Source: Candidatus Nealsonbacteria bacterium (GTDB lineage: Bacteria; Patescibacteriota; Minisyncoccia; Minisyncoccales; RBG-13-42-11). From it: a stretch of 64,000 nucleotides of DNA. The notes under the pieces are model-generated. The model searched no databases. It was not told the DNA's origin and saw only the letters and a list, made by a program, of their open reading frames with translations. Below are positions 1 through 9,870 of this stretch, one piece after another (the stretch's first letter is position 1; every line of letters begins with the position of its first letter). Location: NCBI GenBank assembly GCA_019923625.1, contig JAHXGN010000001.1, positions 8,939-72,938 on the forward strand. The letters are read 5' to 3'. The translations under genes and the position numbers were made by a program.

Positions 1-1719
1 TCCCAAAAAACCAATTTCTTCTCCGTTGATTTTAATTTCGGCGCATTTTTCCTTGCTCCAAAGGGAAATTTCCGAATCTTCTGGTGTTGGACTGAAATGA
101 GACGAGGGTTCAGTGAACCAAATATTACTTATTGCCAATTTATTTAATAACAACTTTATGACTCCTTTTGCTTCATAAAAAGCGTCCTCGGCCATTATCG
201 CTCCGGCCAACATCTTTTTTTCCCGGCATTGTTTTTTACTTCCCCTTTCTTGTTTTTTGAAAAATATTTTTCCCAACTCAAAAATTTTAATTTCCTTGAA
301 ATGGGCTTGGTTGGTTTGAACGTTCTTCAACAGGTTGGCGATTAAGCTTGGTCTTAAATACTTATATTCATTGCTGGTCGGGTTCTCTATTTCAATTATT
401 TTTGAAAATTGGTAATTAAAAATTGAAAGGTCTTTTTGGCTGATAAATGAATAATTATAGGTTTCAACAAAGCCGGTTTCTTTTAGAATATTTTTTACCA
501 TCTCTTCCCAAAAAATATCAAGATTTTTTTGGGGCGGAATTAAAACCGAAACCGGAAGAAGGGAAGGAATTTTTTCATAGCCATAGATTCGGCCGATTTC
601 CTCAATCAAATCCTCGGGAATTGAAACATCAAGTCTCAATGTCGGCACCACAACTTCAATGTAACGAGGCCTTGCTTCGTTACATTTGAAATTCAAACTA
701 TTTAAAATATTTTTTATCTCTTTTTCCGGAATTTTAACTCCAAGCAAACTTTCAAGATAATCTAAATTTAATCCAATTGTTTTTGGCAAAATCTTCTTTG
801 GATAGAAATCAACTAAACCCTGAGCCACTTTGCCTTTGGCAATTTTTTGAATTAAATAAGCCGCTCTATTTATGGCAAACTCTGTTAAATTAGGATCTAT
901 TCCATGCTCAAACCTTAAAGAGGCGTCGGTTTTGAGATTTAATTTTTTAGAACCCCTTCTTATAATTTGGGAGTTAAAATTAGCTGACTCCAAAACCACT
1001 GTTTTTGTTTTCTTGTCAATTTCGGCTTTTTTACCACCTTTAATTCCGGCAATAGCTAAGGGTTCCTTAATATCTGCGATGACCAGAATATCTTCATCTA
1101 AATCGTATTTCTTATTGTCTAAAGTAATAATTTTCTCACCTTTTTTAGCTTTCCGGACAATTATTTTTTTAATTTGGGTTTTTGCCACAGCCCTTATTAA
1201 TGGGCTATGGTTGGATTTCGGATTTACGTCTTTGAGTTTTTCGAGATCGAAAGCGTGCAAGGGTTGTCCGGTTTCTAACATCACATAGTTTGCAATATCA
1301 ACTATATTATTTATTGGCCGAAGACCGCAAACTTTTAATCTATCTTTTAGCCATTTTGGCGAAGAACCGATTTTAACATCATTAATCACCCTAACAGTAT
1401 ATCTTGGACAGGCAGTTTTATTTTTAACTTCTAAGTTAACAAAATCCTTTGCTTTAAGTTTCTTATCTTCCTTAATTACAGAGAACGGTTCTCTGTAACT
1501 TAAGCCGGTGATGGCTGATATCTCACGAGCAATGCCTAAGTGAGAAAAACAATCTCCTGCCCTATTCGGCCTAATATCAATGGTCAAAATAAAATCTTTA
1601 GCCACTCCCTTTATTTCCTCTATCTCAAAAGAATGCATTGTCAAAAGCTCAGCCAATTCTTCTGGCTGGGGGAGTTTTTTCTTGAAAAAAGATTGTAGCC
1701 AATTATAAGAGAATTTCAT
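1..1719 (-). CDS. pheT: Phenylalanine--tRNA ligase beta subunit, partial (runs off the window start)
   Basis: Minus-strand frame opens with ATG at 1719-1717 directly after the pheS stop. The reverse-complement translation MKFSYNWLQSFFKK... is a typical PheT N-terminus. The frame stays open to position 1, so it is absent from the ORF track. Confidence 0.7.
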   Translation of the reverse strand, partial: MKFSYNWLQSFFKKKLPQPEELAELLTMHSFEIEEIKGVAKDFILTIDIRPNRAGDCFSHLGIAREISAITGLSYREPFSVIKEDKKLKAKDFVNLEVKNKTACPRYTVRVINDVKIGSSPKWLKDRLKVCGLRPINNIVDIANYVMLETGQPLHAFDLEKLKDVNPKSNHSPLIRAVAKTQIKKIIVRKAKKGEKIITLDNKKYDLDEDILVIADIKEPLAIAGIKGGKKAEIDKKTKTVVLESANFNSQIIRRGSKKLNLKTDASLRFEHGIDPNLTEFAINRAAYLIQKIAKGKVAQGLVDFYPKKILPKTIGLNLDYLESLLGVKIPEKEIKNILNSLNFKCNEARPRYIEVVVPTLRLDVSIPEDLIEEIGRIYGYEKIPSLLPVSVLIPPQKNLDIFWEEMVKNILKETGFVETYNYSFISQKDLSIFNYQFSKIIEIENPTSNEYKYLRPSLIANLLKNVQTNQAHFKEIKIFELGKIFFKKQERGSKKQCREKKMLAGAIMAEDAFYEAKGVIKLLLNKLAISNIWFTEPSSHFSPTPEDSEISLWSKEKCAEIKINGEEIGFLG

Positions 1720-1720
1720 A

Positions 1721-2515
1721 TTAAAATTGTTGTAGAAATCTCATGTCGCCCGAACGGAACAACCTAATATCATTAATTTTATACTTAAGCATGGTTAATC
1801 TTTCCAAGCCAAAACCGAATGCCCAGCCCTGCCAGTCCCTGGGGATTAATTTTGAGTTTTTAAAAACATTGGGGTGAACCATGCCGGCTCCGGCCACTTC
1901 AAGCCAACCGCTTTTTTTACAAACCAAACATCCTTTACCTTTGCATATAACACAACTTATGCCAACATCAAAACCAGGCTCAACAAATGGAAAATAATCC
2001 GGTTTTAACCTGAATTTAACATCTTTCTCAAAAAATCTGCGGAAAAACTCTCTGACAATGGCTTTTAAATTAGCCACCGAGATTTTTTTATCAACCATTA
2101 ATCCTTCGATTTGAAAGGGCTGAAATTCGTGAGAAGCATCGGTTGCTTCATGTCTGTAAATATTTCCAGGAACAATTATTCTTAAAGGAGGATTATTTTT
2201 TTCCATATAGCGAACCTGAACTGGTGAAGTATGAGTTCGTAAAAGGAGCTTAGCTCCTTTGTCTTTGAGCCACAAGGTATCCCATAGATCTCTTGCCGGA
2301 TGGTCTTTTGGTATATTCAAAGCGTCAAAATTATACCATTCTGTTTCTATGTCCGGGCCTTCAATTATTGAAAAACCCATTGACTGAAAAATTTCCTCGC
2401 ATTTTCTTTTGGTAATGGTAAGGGGATGTAAATGGCCTATCTTAATTTTTTTTCCCGGAACCGTAATGTCAAAGCGGTCCTGATTTTCAAAAAATTTTAA
2501 ATTTATTTTTGCCAT
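1721..2515 (-). CDS. pheS: Phenylalanine--tRNA ligase alpha subunit (short form)
   Basis: 264-aa ORF with PheS class II aaRS core motifs (FDALNIPKDHPARD, GLERL). Confidence 0.85.
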   Translation of the reverse strand: MAKINLKFFENQDRFDITVPGKKIKIGHLHPLTITKRKCEEIFQSMGFSIIEGPDIETEWYNFDALNIPKDHPARDLWDTLWLKDKGAKLLLRTHTSPVQVRYMEKNNPPLRIIVPGNIYRHEATDASHEFQPFQIEGLMVDKKISVANLKAIVREFFRRFFEKDVKFRLKPDYFPFVEPGFDVGISCVICKGKGCLVCKKSGWLEVAGAGMVHPNVFKNSKLIPRDWQGWAFGFGLERLTMLKYKINDIRLFRSGDMRFLQQF

Positions 2516-2613
2516 ACTTCTACAGGGTATATTTTATCTTACCTTAATTTTTCTTTAAAATCAAGGGGTTAATAATTAACAGAAAAATGGCTACCTCATT
2601 TTTACACAGGGCC

Positions 2614-2641
2614 TTGCTTTTGCCAACACCTTTGGTATAAT
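2614..2641 (+). promoter_or_regulatory. Candidate sigma70-like promoter (TTGCTT, 16-nt spacer, TATAAT) upstream of the membrane-protein/secG genes
   Basis: Read directly from the sequence in the divergent intergenic region between pheS and ORF 2686. Confidence 0.35.
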
Positions 2642-2685
2642 TATTTTAATGGTTTAGAGTTAAATAGCAGGAGCCCTTTTGTTCA

Positions 2686-3021
2686 ATGAAAAAACTTTTT
2701 CTCCAAATTATAGTTGGAATTTTGGGAATTTTTCTGGCTAAGGTTTTTATTCCCGGAGTGGAGCTTATTGGGGGAATTCAAATTTTAATTTTTAGCGGAG
2801 TTATTTTGGGTTTAATTAATTTTTTTATTAAACCGATTTTAAAAATAATCACCTTTCCTTTAAAAATTTTAACTTTCGGTTTTTTCAGTTTGATTTTAAA
2901 TATAGCCATAATTTGGTTTGTTGATTTTATCGTTCCGGGTTTAAAAATTATCGGATTTTTGCCCCTTTTGGGAACAACGTTTATTATTTGGGCATTAAAT
3001 CTAATTTTCTTAAAATTTTAA
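2686..3021 (+). CDS. Small polytopic membrane protein (DUF360/holin-like, about 4 transmembrane segments)
   Basis: 111-aa, very hydrophobic ORF. Confidence 0.5.
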   Translation: MKKLFLQIIVGILGIFLAKVFIPGVELIGGIQILIFSGVILGLINFFIKPILKIITFPLKILTFGFFSLILNIAIIWFVDFIVPGLKIIGFLPLLGTTFIIWALNLIFLKF

Positions 3022-3030
3022 AACTTTTCA

Positions 3031-3100
3031 ATGTTCAATGAGTTTTCAACTCATTTCACCTTTCAATGTTCAATGAGTTTTCAACTCATTTCACCTTTCA
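3031..3100 (+). repeat. Exact 35-bp tandem duplication (tcaatgttcaatgagttttcaactcatttcacctt x2), each copy containing an AT-rich hairpin (aatgagtt ttc aactcatt)
   Basis: Seen in the sequence; it lies immediately upstream of, and overlaps, the secG start. Confidence 0.8.
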
Positions 3101-3316
3101 ATGAAAGATTTATTACCTTTTTTCCAAATCGGAGTAGCTGTTTTTTTAATTATTTTTATTCTTTTGCAGCAAAGGGGAAGCGGCTTGGGCTCGGTTTTTG
3201 GAGGCGGCGGTGGGTCTTATTCCACCAAAAGAGGAATTCAGAAAAAAATTTTCTGGGCAACAATAATTTTAGGGGGGTTGTTTATTATCTTAGCCCTTCT
3301 CAATCTCATTCTTTAG
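3101..3316 (+). CDS. secG: Preprotein translocase subunit SecG
   Basis: 71 aa, two transmembrane segments with a Gly-rich loop (LLQQRGSGLGSVFGGGGGS), typical of SecG. Overlapping ORF 3031..3330 is spurious. Confidence 0.75.
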   Translation: MKDLLPFFQIGVAVFLIIFILLQQRGSGLGSVFGGGGGSYSTKRGIQKKIFWATIILGGLFIILALLNLIL

Positions 3317-3340
3317 GTCTTTACTCTTAAATTACAATAA

Positions 3341-5356
3341 ATGTCTTTTATTTTAAAAACAAAAAATTTTTTTATTTCCTTTTTGTTTAAAAAATGGCCT
3401 TCCATTTCCCAGTGGCTTCAATTGCCAGAAACGTTCAAAAAAGAAGAGAAAATCGTTTTTTCCTTTTTTTTGATTTTATTTTCAAGCTCCTTGATTTTTT
3501 TGGGAATCAATTTTTATTTTAAAAATACTCTGATTAAACCGGCTGAGGGCGGTTTTTTTACCGAAGGAGTTGTCGGTCAACCAAGGTTCATTAATCCGCT
3601 TTATGGAATTTCTGATATTGACAGGGACTTAATTGAATTGATTTTCTCCGGCCTTATGAAACATACTCTTGAGGGGAAAATCGTTCCGGATTTAGCTAAA
3701 AAAGAACCAAAAATAAAGGAAGACGGAAAAATTTTTGAATTTTACTTAAAAGAAAATCTTTTTTGGTCCGATGGCCACCCCCTGACCGCAGATGATGTTG
3801 TTTTTACCATTGAAACAATCCAAAATCCGGACCTAAAAAGCCCTTTAAGGCCGGCTTGGCTGGGAGTGGAGGTGGAAAAAATATCTGAGACAGCTATTCG
3901 TTTTAGATTGAGAAGACCTTATTTTCCCTTTTTGGAAAATGCCACTCTTAAAATAATCCCAAAGCATATCTGGCAAGCTCTTCCAATTCAAAATTTTCAT
4001 CTGGCAATCTACAATTTAAAACCGATTGGCTCCGGACCTTATAAATTAAAAAGGTTGGGACAAGACCAATTGGGAATCATTCGCTCTTTAACTTTAACGA
4101 GAAATGAGAGGTATCATGGTCAAAAACCAAATATAAAAAAAATAAATTTCATTTTTTTTGAAGAAGAAAATGACTTAATAAAAAAAGTGGAAGAAAATCG
4201 GATTGATTCTTTTTCATTGGCTCATCCTAAATATTTCAAAAACATAGATAATTCATTGCTGGTTTATCGTTTTTCTCTGCCAAGATATTTTGCCGTCTTT
4301 TTTAATCCGGAAAAATCAGAAATTTTAGCTCAAAAACAAATTAGAAGGGCTCTGAATTACGCCACTAATAAAAAAGAAATTGCTAAAAAGGTCTTTATTG
4401 AAAACACTCGGGTTGTTGATTCTCCTATTTTGCCCGATATTTACGCCATTTCTCCCCCTGATTTCACCTATCAATTTAATTTGAAAAAAGCTGAAGAAAT
4501 TTTAGATGAAATCGGCTTTTTAAAAAGAGATGATGGTAAAAGAGAAAAAATAATAAAAAAAGAACCGGCTTTTCAGTTCAAATCCAACCTCTCATTAAAT
4601 TCGCGGGGAATAGAAGTTAGAAAACTTCAAGAATGTTTAGCCGGGCTTCCGAAAATTTATCCCGAGGGTGAAATTACCGGTCATTTTGGACAAAAGACAA
4701 GGAAGGCGGTAATAAAGTTTCAGGAAAAATACCCTGAGGAAATTTTAAAACCTTTTGGGTTGAAAAAAGGAACCGGCCGGGTTTTAGAAGCGACCAGGTT
4801 AAAATTAAATGAAATTTGTTTTCCTTCAAAAGAAGAAAAAATTCCTCTTAAATTCAGCTTGGTTACGGTTAATCAACCGATTCTCAAAGAAATCTCTTTT
4901 CTTTTAAAAAATCAATGGCAGTTGGCCGGATTTGAATTAGAACTAATTTTTGTTGAAATTTCTGATTTAGAAAAAGATTTTATTAGGCCGAGGGAATACG
5001 AAGCCATTCTTTTTGGCCAGGCCATGGGGATTTTACCAGACCCTTTTCCCTTCTGGCATTCTTTACAAAAAGAAAATCCGGGTTTAAATTTAGCCCTTTA
5101 CCATAATAGAGAAGTTGATAGATTATTAGAAAGAATTAGGGAGAATCAAAATGAAGAAGCGAGAAAAAAAGAATTGGAAGAATTTCAAAATATTTTAATT
5201 GAAGAGGCGCCAGCCGTATTTTTAGTTAATCCTGATTATCTTTATTTTGTTTCCCCGAAAATTAAAGGTATAAAAGAGGGAATAATCGTTAATCCCTCAA
5301 AAAGATTTATTGAAATTGAAAATTGGTATCTTAAAACTAAAAGAGTCTGGAAATAA
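3341..5356 (+). CDS. ABC transporter substrate-binding protein (family 5, oligopeptide-type) with an N-terminal membrane anchor and an internal peptidoglycan-binding-like module
   Basis: SBP_bac_5-like sequence. The segment GIEVRKLQECLAGL...GHFGQKTRKAVIKFQEKY resembles a PG_binding_1 domain. Confidence 0.6.
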   Translation: MSFILKTKNFFISFLFKKWPSISQWLQLPETFKKEEKIVFSFFLILFSSSLIFLGINFYFKNTLIKPAEGGFFTEGVVGQPRFINPLYGISDIDRDLIELIFSGLMKHTLEGKIVPDLAKKEPKIKEDGKIFEFYLKENLFWSDGHPLTADDVVFTIETIQNPDLKSPLRPAWLGVEVEKISETAIRFRLRRPYFPFLENATLKIIPKHIWQALPIQNFHLAIYNLKPIGSGPYKLKRLGQDQLGIIRSLTLTRNERYHGQKPNIKKINFIFFEEENDLIKKVEENRIDSFSLAHPKYFKNIDNSLLVYRFSLPRYFAVFFNPEKSEILAQKQIRRALNYATNKKEIAKKVFIENTRVVDSPILPDIYAISPPDFTYQFNLKKAEEILDEIGFLKRDDGKREKIIKKEPAFQFKSNLSLNSRGIEVRKLQECLAGLPKIYPEGEITGHFGQKTRKAVIKFQEKYPEEILKPFGLKKGTGRVLEATRLKLNEICFPSKEEKIPLKFSLVTVNQPILKEISFLLKNQWQLAGFELELIFVEISDLEKDFIRPREYEAILFGQAMGILPDPFPFWHSLQKENPGLNLALYHNREVDRLLERIRENQNEEARKKELEEFQNILIEEAPAVFLVNPDYLYFVSPKIKGIKEGIIVNPSKRFIEIENWYLKTKRVWK

Positions 5357-5357
5357 A

Positions 5358-6233
5358 ATGAAAATTAAAAAAGCAGTCATTCCAGCGGCTGGCTGGGGAA
5401 CAAGATTTTTGCCCCAGACAAAAGCCATTCCAAAAGAAATGCTGCCTATTGTGGACAAACCGGTGATTCAATATGTGGTTGAGGAAGTGGCAAGTTCCGG
5501 AATTAAAGATATTATTATCATTACCGGTTGGCAAAAAAGGGCAATTGAGGACCATTTTGACAATTCTTTTGAATTGACCAAATTTTTGGAGACAAAAGGC
5601 AAAGAAAAGGAAATATCCGAAATTAAAAAAATTTCTCAATTGGCCAATTTTATTTATCTTCGTCAAAAAAGCGAGTATTATGGAAATGCCATTCCGGTTT
5701 TAACCGCCGAACCGGTTATCGGCCAAGAACCGTTTGTGGTCATTTGGGGTGATGAATTTATTTTGTCTCAACCGCCAAGATTATGGCAAATGCTGAATGT
5801 CTATGAAAAAAGAAAGGGTATAATAATTTCCGGCGTCAGAATTAAAAATAAACAAGAACTCTCTCGATATGGTATTGCTGAAATAAAGCCCCTGAAAGAT
5901 AATATTTTTAAAATTAAAAAAATAGTGGAAAAGCCGTCTCCAAAAGAAGCTCCCTCTAATTTGGCAACTCACGGAGCTTATATTCTTCCGCCTGAGATTT
6001 TTAAGATAATTAAAAATATGAAGCCCGGCCAGGGAGGTGAATTTTGGTTGGTGGAGGCTATTAATCAATTGATTAAAGATGGTTTTCCGGCTTTTGCCTG
6101 CGAAATAAAAAATGGAAAATATTATGATACCGGCAATAAACTTGAATATTTAAAAACAGTGGTTGAATTTGCCCTCTCTCATCCCGAACTTTCAAAAGAA
6201 TTTAAAGAGTTTTTAAAAAATTTAAAATTTTAA
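5358..6233 (+). CDS. galU: UTP--glucose-1-phosphate uridylyltransferase
   Basis: N-terminal KAVIPAAGWGTRFLP nucleotidyltransferase motif. Start placed at the internal ATG 5358 (MKIKKAVIPAAG), not the overlapping upstream ATG. Confidence 0.8.
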   Translation: MKIKKAVIPAAGWGTRFLPQTKAIPKEMLPIVDKPVIQYVVEEVASSGIKDIIIITGWQKRAIEDHFDNSFELTKFLETKGKEKEISEIKKISQLANFIYLRQKSEYYGNAIPVLTAEPVIGQEPFVVIWGDEFILSQPPRLWQMLNVYEKRKGIIISGVRIKNKQELSRYGIAEIKPLKDNIFKIKKIVEKPSPKEAPSNLATHGAYILPPEIFKIIKNMKPGQGGEFWLVEAINQLIKDGFPAFACEIKNGKYYDTGNKLEYLKTVVEFALSHPELSKEFKEFLKNLKF

Positions 6234-6253
6234 AAATAAAATTTCTAAAATAA

Positions 6254-6337
6254 GCCGAGGTGATGAAACTGGAAAACATGCACGGTTCAGAGCCGTGTGC
6301 CCTAAGGGCTTGTGGGTTCAAGTCCCACCCTCGGCAC
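6254..6337 (+). tRNA. tRNA-Leu (anticodon CAG), class II with long variable arm
   Basis: Acceptor stem GCCGAGG/CCTCGGC, anticodon loop tTCAGAg, T-loop GGTTCAAGTCC, extra arm gccctaagggc. No CCA encoded. Confidence 0.75.
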
Positions 6338-6338
6338 T

Positions 6339-8018
6339 ATGACAATACAACCTAATCTTCGTTTAATTCCATTGGGTGGACTAGGAGAAGTGGGAAGGAA
6401 TATGATGCTTTTGGAATGGCAGAATAAAATCTTAATTATTGATGCCGGTCTTCGTATGCCGGAAGAGGGAATGCCGGGGATAGATTATATTATTCCCAAT
6501 ATCTCTTATCTGCAAGGAAAAGAGAAAAATGTTTTAGGAATAATTTTTACCCATGGCCACTATGACCATTTGGGCGGCCTTCCTTATTTGCTTTATCGTT
6601 TTCCTTTTCAAAATTATCCTATGTTTGCTTCGGGCTTAACTCAGGCCATTATTTTAAAAAGGCAAGGTGATTTTCCTTTTCAACCAAAATTAGAAATTGA
6701 AAGGGTAAAAGACGGTTCAAAAATTCAAATAGGGCCTTTTAAAATTGAATTTTTCAAACAGAATCACAATATTGCCGATAATTTGGGTCTTTTTATTGAA
6801 ACGCCCCTCGGCAATATTCTACATACTTCTGATTTTAAGTTTGATGAAAATCCGGTAAATGATTTACCAACCGATTTCAGAAAATTGAGAGAGTTTGGCA
6901 AAAGGGGTGTTTTGCTTTTAATGTCGGATTCAACCGGAGCCGAAGAAAGCGGTCATTCTTTTTCGGAAAAAGAAATTTTTGAAAACTTAGATAAAATTTT
7001 TAAATCAGCCAATGGCAGAATTATTGCCGCCACCTTCGGTTCTCTAATTAATAGAATTCAACAAATTATCACTCTGGCTGAAAAACATCAAAGAAAAGTG
7101 GCTCTTGATGGTTATACGATGAAAAGCAATGTTGAAATTTGCCGACAATTCGGCTATTTAAAAATAAAAAAAGATACTTTAATTAAGCCGAAGGAGATTA
7201 AAAATTATCCCGACCAAAAAATAACTCTTCTTTGTACCGGCGCTCAAGGAGAACCAGAAGCGGTTTTGATGAGAATTATCAACAAAGAATATAAATTCTG
7301 GCGTCTTAAAAAAGAAGATGTTGTTATTTTTTCTTCTTCGGTTATCCCGGGAAACGAAAGAACGGTTCAAATAGTCAAAGATGAGATTTTACGTCAGGGC
7401 GCTCAGATTTTCCATTATAAAATGATGGATATTCACGCCGGCGGCCATGCTCAACAGGAAGAACTGAAAGAAATGCTCAAAATAATGAAGCCGAAATTCT
7501 TTTTGCCAATTCACGGTCAATACTCAATGTTGGTCGCTCACAAACAATTAGGTAAAAATGTCGGGTTGTTAGAAAAAAATATTTTGGTGGCAGAAAATGG
7601 TCAAATTATTAATTTAAACCAAAAAAGAATTTTTATTGAAAAGGAAACCGCGCCCTCAAATTATATAATGGTTGATGGTTTAGGGGTTAATGATGTTGGT
7701 GAGGTTGTTTTAAGGGATCGTCAGATATTGGCTGAGGATGGAATGTTTGTTATTATAACCATAGTAGATAGACAAACCGGAAAAGTAAAAGGTTCACCGG
7801 ATATTATTTCCCGGGGATTTGTTTATTTAAGAGAGTCAAAGGAATTATTAAGAATAACCAGAAAAAGAATAATTGAAATTATTGATAAAGCCACTTTAGC
7901 CGGCGGTCCGGTAAATATAATTTATCTTAAAGATGAAATTAGAAATAAAATCGGCGATTTCTTATTCTCTAAGACCGAAAGAAGACCGATGATTCTGCCG
8001 GTAGTTATTGTCGTATAA
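6339..8018 (+). CDS. rnj: Ribonuclease J (metallo-beta-lactamase/beta-CASP RNase)
   Basis: HGHYDHLGG motif and beta-CASP region. Start placed at ATG 6339 (MTIQPNLRL) so it does not overlap the tRNA. Confidence 0.8.
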   Translation: MTIQPNLRLIPLGGLGEVGRNMMLLEWQNKILIIDAGLRMPEEGMPGIDYIIPNISYLQGKEKNVLGIIFTHGHYDHLGGLPYLLYRFPFQNYPMFASGLTQAIILKRQGDFPFQPKLEIERVKDGSKIQIGPFKIEFFKQNHNIADNLGLFIETPLGNILHTSDFKFDENPVNDLPTDFRKLREFGKRGVLLLMSDSTGAEESGHSFSEKEIFENLDKIFKSANGRIIAATFGSLINRIQQIITLAEKHQRKVALDGYTMKSNVEICRQFGYLKIKKDTLIKPKEIKNYPDQKITLLCTGAQGEPEAVLMRIINKEYKFWRLKKEDVVIFSSSVIPGNERTVQIVKDEILRQGAQIFHYKMMDIHAGGHAQQEELKEMLKIMKPKFFLPIHGQYSMLVAHKQLGKNVGLLEKNILVAENGQIINLNQKRIFIEKETAPSNYIMVDGLGVNDVGEVVLRDRQILAEDGMFVIITIVDRQTGKVKGSPDIISRGFVYLRESKELLRITRKRIIEIIDKATLAGGPVNIIYLKDEIRNKIGDFLFSKTERRPMILPVVIVV

Positions 8019-8027
8019 AATTTAGTT

Positions 8028-9005
8028 ATGAGAGTATTTAGCGGCATTAGGCCAACAGGAAAATTACATATTGGAAATTACTTGGGAGCGATAAAACAAT
8101 GGATTGAACTCCAAGAAAAAAATGAGTGTTTTTTTTGTATTGTTGATTGGCACGCCATTACCACTCCTTTTCAGCCGGAATTGTTGCAAAAAAACATTTC
8201 AGAACTGGCAATTTCTTATTTGGCCGTCGGCTTAAATCCGGAAAAATCTGCTCTCTTTGTCCAATCTCAAATTAAAGAGCATTCGGAATTGGCTTGGATT
8301 TTGGGAACAATTACGTCTGTCGGCGAATTAAAAAGAATGACCCAATTTAAGGAAAAATCAAAAAGACACAAAGAATATATCAATGCCGGACTTTTTAATT
8401 ATCCCCTTTTGATGGCAGCCGATATTCTGCTTTATCAAACGGAAATTGTGCCGGTTGGTAAAGACCAGCAACAACATGTTGAATTAGCCAGAACAATTGC
8501 CCGAAAATTCAATCAAAAATTCGGTCAAACTTTTAAAGAACCGAAAGTTTTACTTCAAAAAATTGGGGCGAAAATCATGTCTTTGGAGAACCCTAAAAAA
8601 AAGATGGGGAAAACCGATGACCCCGGGGGTTGTATCGGTTTGTTTGACGAACCAAAAATTATTGAAAAAAAGATAATGACCGCAGTCACTGACCCGGGAA
8701 AAGAAATTAAATATGACCTGAAAAGAAAGTCCGGCATTTCAAATCTGCTGACCATTTATTCTCTGTTTTCCGGAAAATCAATCAAGGAATTGGAAAAAAA
8801 ATTTAAAGGAAAAGGATATGCCGAGTTTAAAAAATCTTTATCAGGCCTTTTAATTGATTCTTTGGAACCTTTCCGGCGAAAAAAGAAAGAACTTCTGGCC
8901 AGAGAGGTCTATGTTAAGGAAATTTTAGAGCAGGGCAGAAAACGAGCCCAAATCATCGCCCAATCCACCATGCAAGAAGTCAAAAAGAAAATGGGTCTAA
9001 TTTAG
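8028..9005 (+). CDS. trpS: Tryptophan--tRNA ligase
   Basis: Class I aaRS with HIGN (HIGH-like) and KMGKT (KMSKS-like) motifs; TrpRS-like overall. Confidence 0.85.
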   Translation: MRVFSGIRPTGKLHIGNYLGAIKQWIELQEKNECFFCIVDWHAITTPFQPELLQKNISELAISYLAVGLNPEKSALFVQSQIKEHSELAWILGTITSVGELKRMTQFKEKSKRHKEYINAGLFNYPLLMAADILLYQTEIVPVGKDQQQHVELARTIARKFNQKFGQTFKEPKVLLQKIGAKIMSLENPKKKMGKTDDPGGCIGLFDEPKIIEKKIMTAVTDPGKEIKYDLKRKSGISNLLTIYSLFSGKSIKELEKKFKGKGYAEFKKSLSGLLIDSLEPFRRKKKELLAREVYVKEILEQGRKRAQIIAQSTMQEVKKKMGLI

Positions 9006-9087
9006 TTCCTGCTAATTCCTATTTTTAATAACTTCTACTAATTTTCTTTTTCCACTACTTCTAATTTTTTCCTAGACCTCCATTATA

Positions 9088-9118
9088 CCACTTAAGAAGC
9101 CATGGCTTGTTAAGTGGT
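9088..9118. repeat. 31-nt palindromic hairpin (ccacttaagaagcc atg gcttgttaagtgg); its inverted partner is at 9802-9832
   Basis: Seen in the sequence. Together the two copies form inverted repeats around ORF 9176..9760. Confidence 0.8.
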
Positions 9119-9175
9119 TTAATTAAAGTTTAAACAAAATTTATTTATAAGATATTTTATCCAAAATATTCTATA

Positions 9176-9760
9176 TTAAGAAATCTTAAAATATTCTCTT
9201 AACCCCTTATCCCCTCCAATATCTTCGCAAACAATCAATCTCATTTCTCTTTTGCTTAAACCAAAGAAACTTCTTAAAAGCTCAATCTCATCGCGGCAAT
9301 CAAAAGGATAAAGCCAAACACTTTTTTGTAATGGGTAAAAACCTAATTCTTTTAATTTACCTCGAAAGACCTCTCGATAAAATTTTTTCACTTGAGAAAT
9401 ATCAAAAATTACTAATCTCCATTTTCCATCCCACCTTTTGGGTCTTTTAATTCTTAAAGCATCTATTTGCATCCAACCCGCTAATTTCTTTCCCTCCTTA
9501 GTCAGATGGATATAGATTTGATTTTTTACTATTTCTATATCAAGACAACCCTGTTTCTGTAATCTTTTAAATGCGTCGGTTATTTTTCTTTTTTTATACT
9601 TTTTATACTTTTTCCAACGTTTTATTTCTCGGATTATATTTATCCCAAAATACGGAGAAGTAGCCGCGACGCAAATCATACCGGTTGTAGCTAACGTCAA
9701 AAGCACATCTTTAATAATTTCTGATTTTGGTTTTCTAAGATAATACTTGTATTTTGTCAT
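9176..9760 (-). CDS. PaaX C-terminal-domain-like protein with an N-terminal transmembrane segment
   Basis: KRWDGKWRLVIFDIS...FRGKLKELGFYPLQKSVWLYP matches the PaaX_C signature. Confidence 0.45.
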   Translation of the reverse strand: MTKYKYYLRKPKSEIIKDVLLTLATTGMICVAATSPYFGINIIREIKRWKKYKKYKKRKITDAFKRLQKQGCLDIEIVKNQIYIHLTKEGKKLAGWMQIDALRIKRPKRWDGKWRLVIFDISQVKKFYREVFRGKLKELGFYPLQKSVWLYPFDCRDEIELLRSFFGLSKREMRLIVCEDIGGDKGLREYFKIS

Positions 9761-9801
9761 AACCTAAATATCTCCCGCTCTCTTTTTTTTCCTTTACCTT
9801 A

Positions 9802-9832
9802 CCACTTAACAAGCCATGGCAGATTAAGTGGT
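9802..9832. repeat. Inverted copy of the 9088-9118 hairpin (ccacttaacaagcc atg gcagattaagtgg)
   Basis: Seen in the sequence. Confidence 0.8.
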
Positions 9833-9870
9833 AGTGGTGATAAGGGGAGATAAGGGGAATTGGAGCTTTT

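Noticed and set aside
447-1288. + strand ORFs 447..689 and 872..1288
   Set aside because: They lie antisense inside the much longer pheT reading frame on the minus strand.
3031-3330. 99-aa ORF overlapping secG
   Set aside because: It is an alternative frame over the secG gene and the tandem duplication, and secG has a clear family signature.
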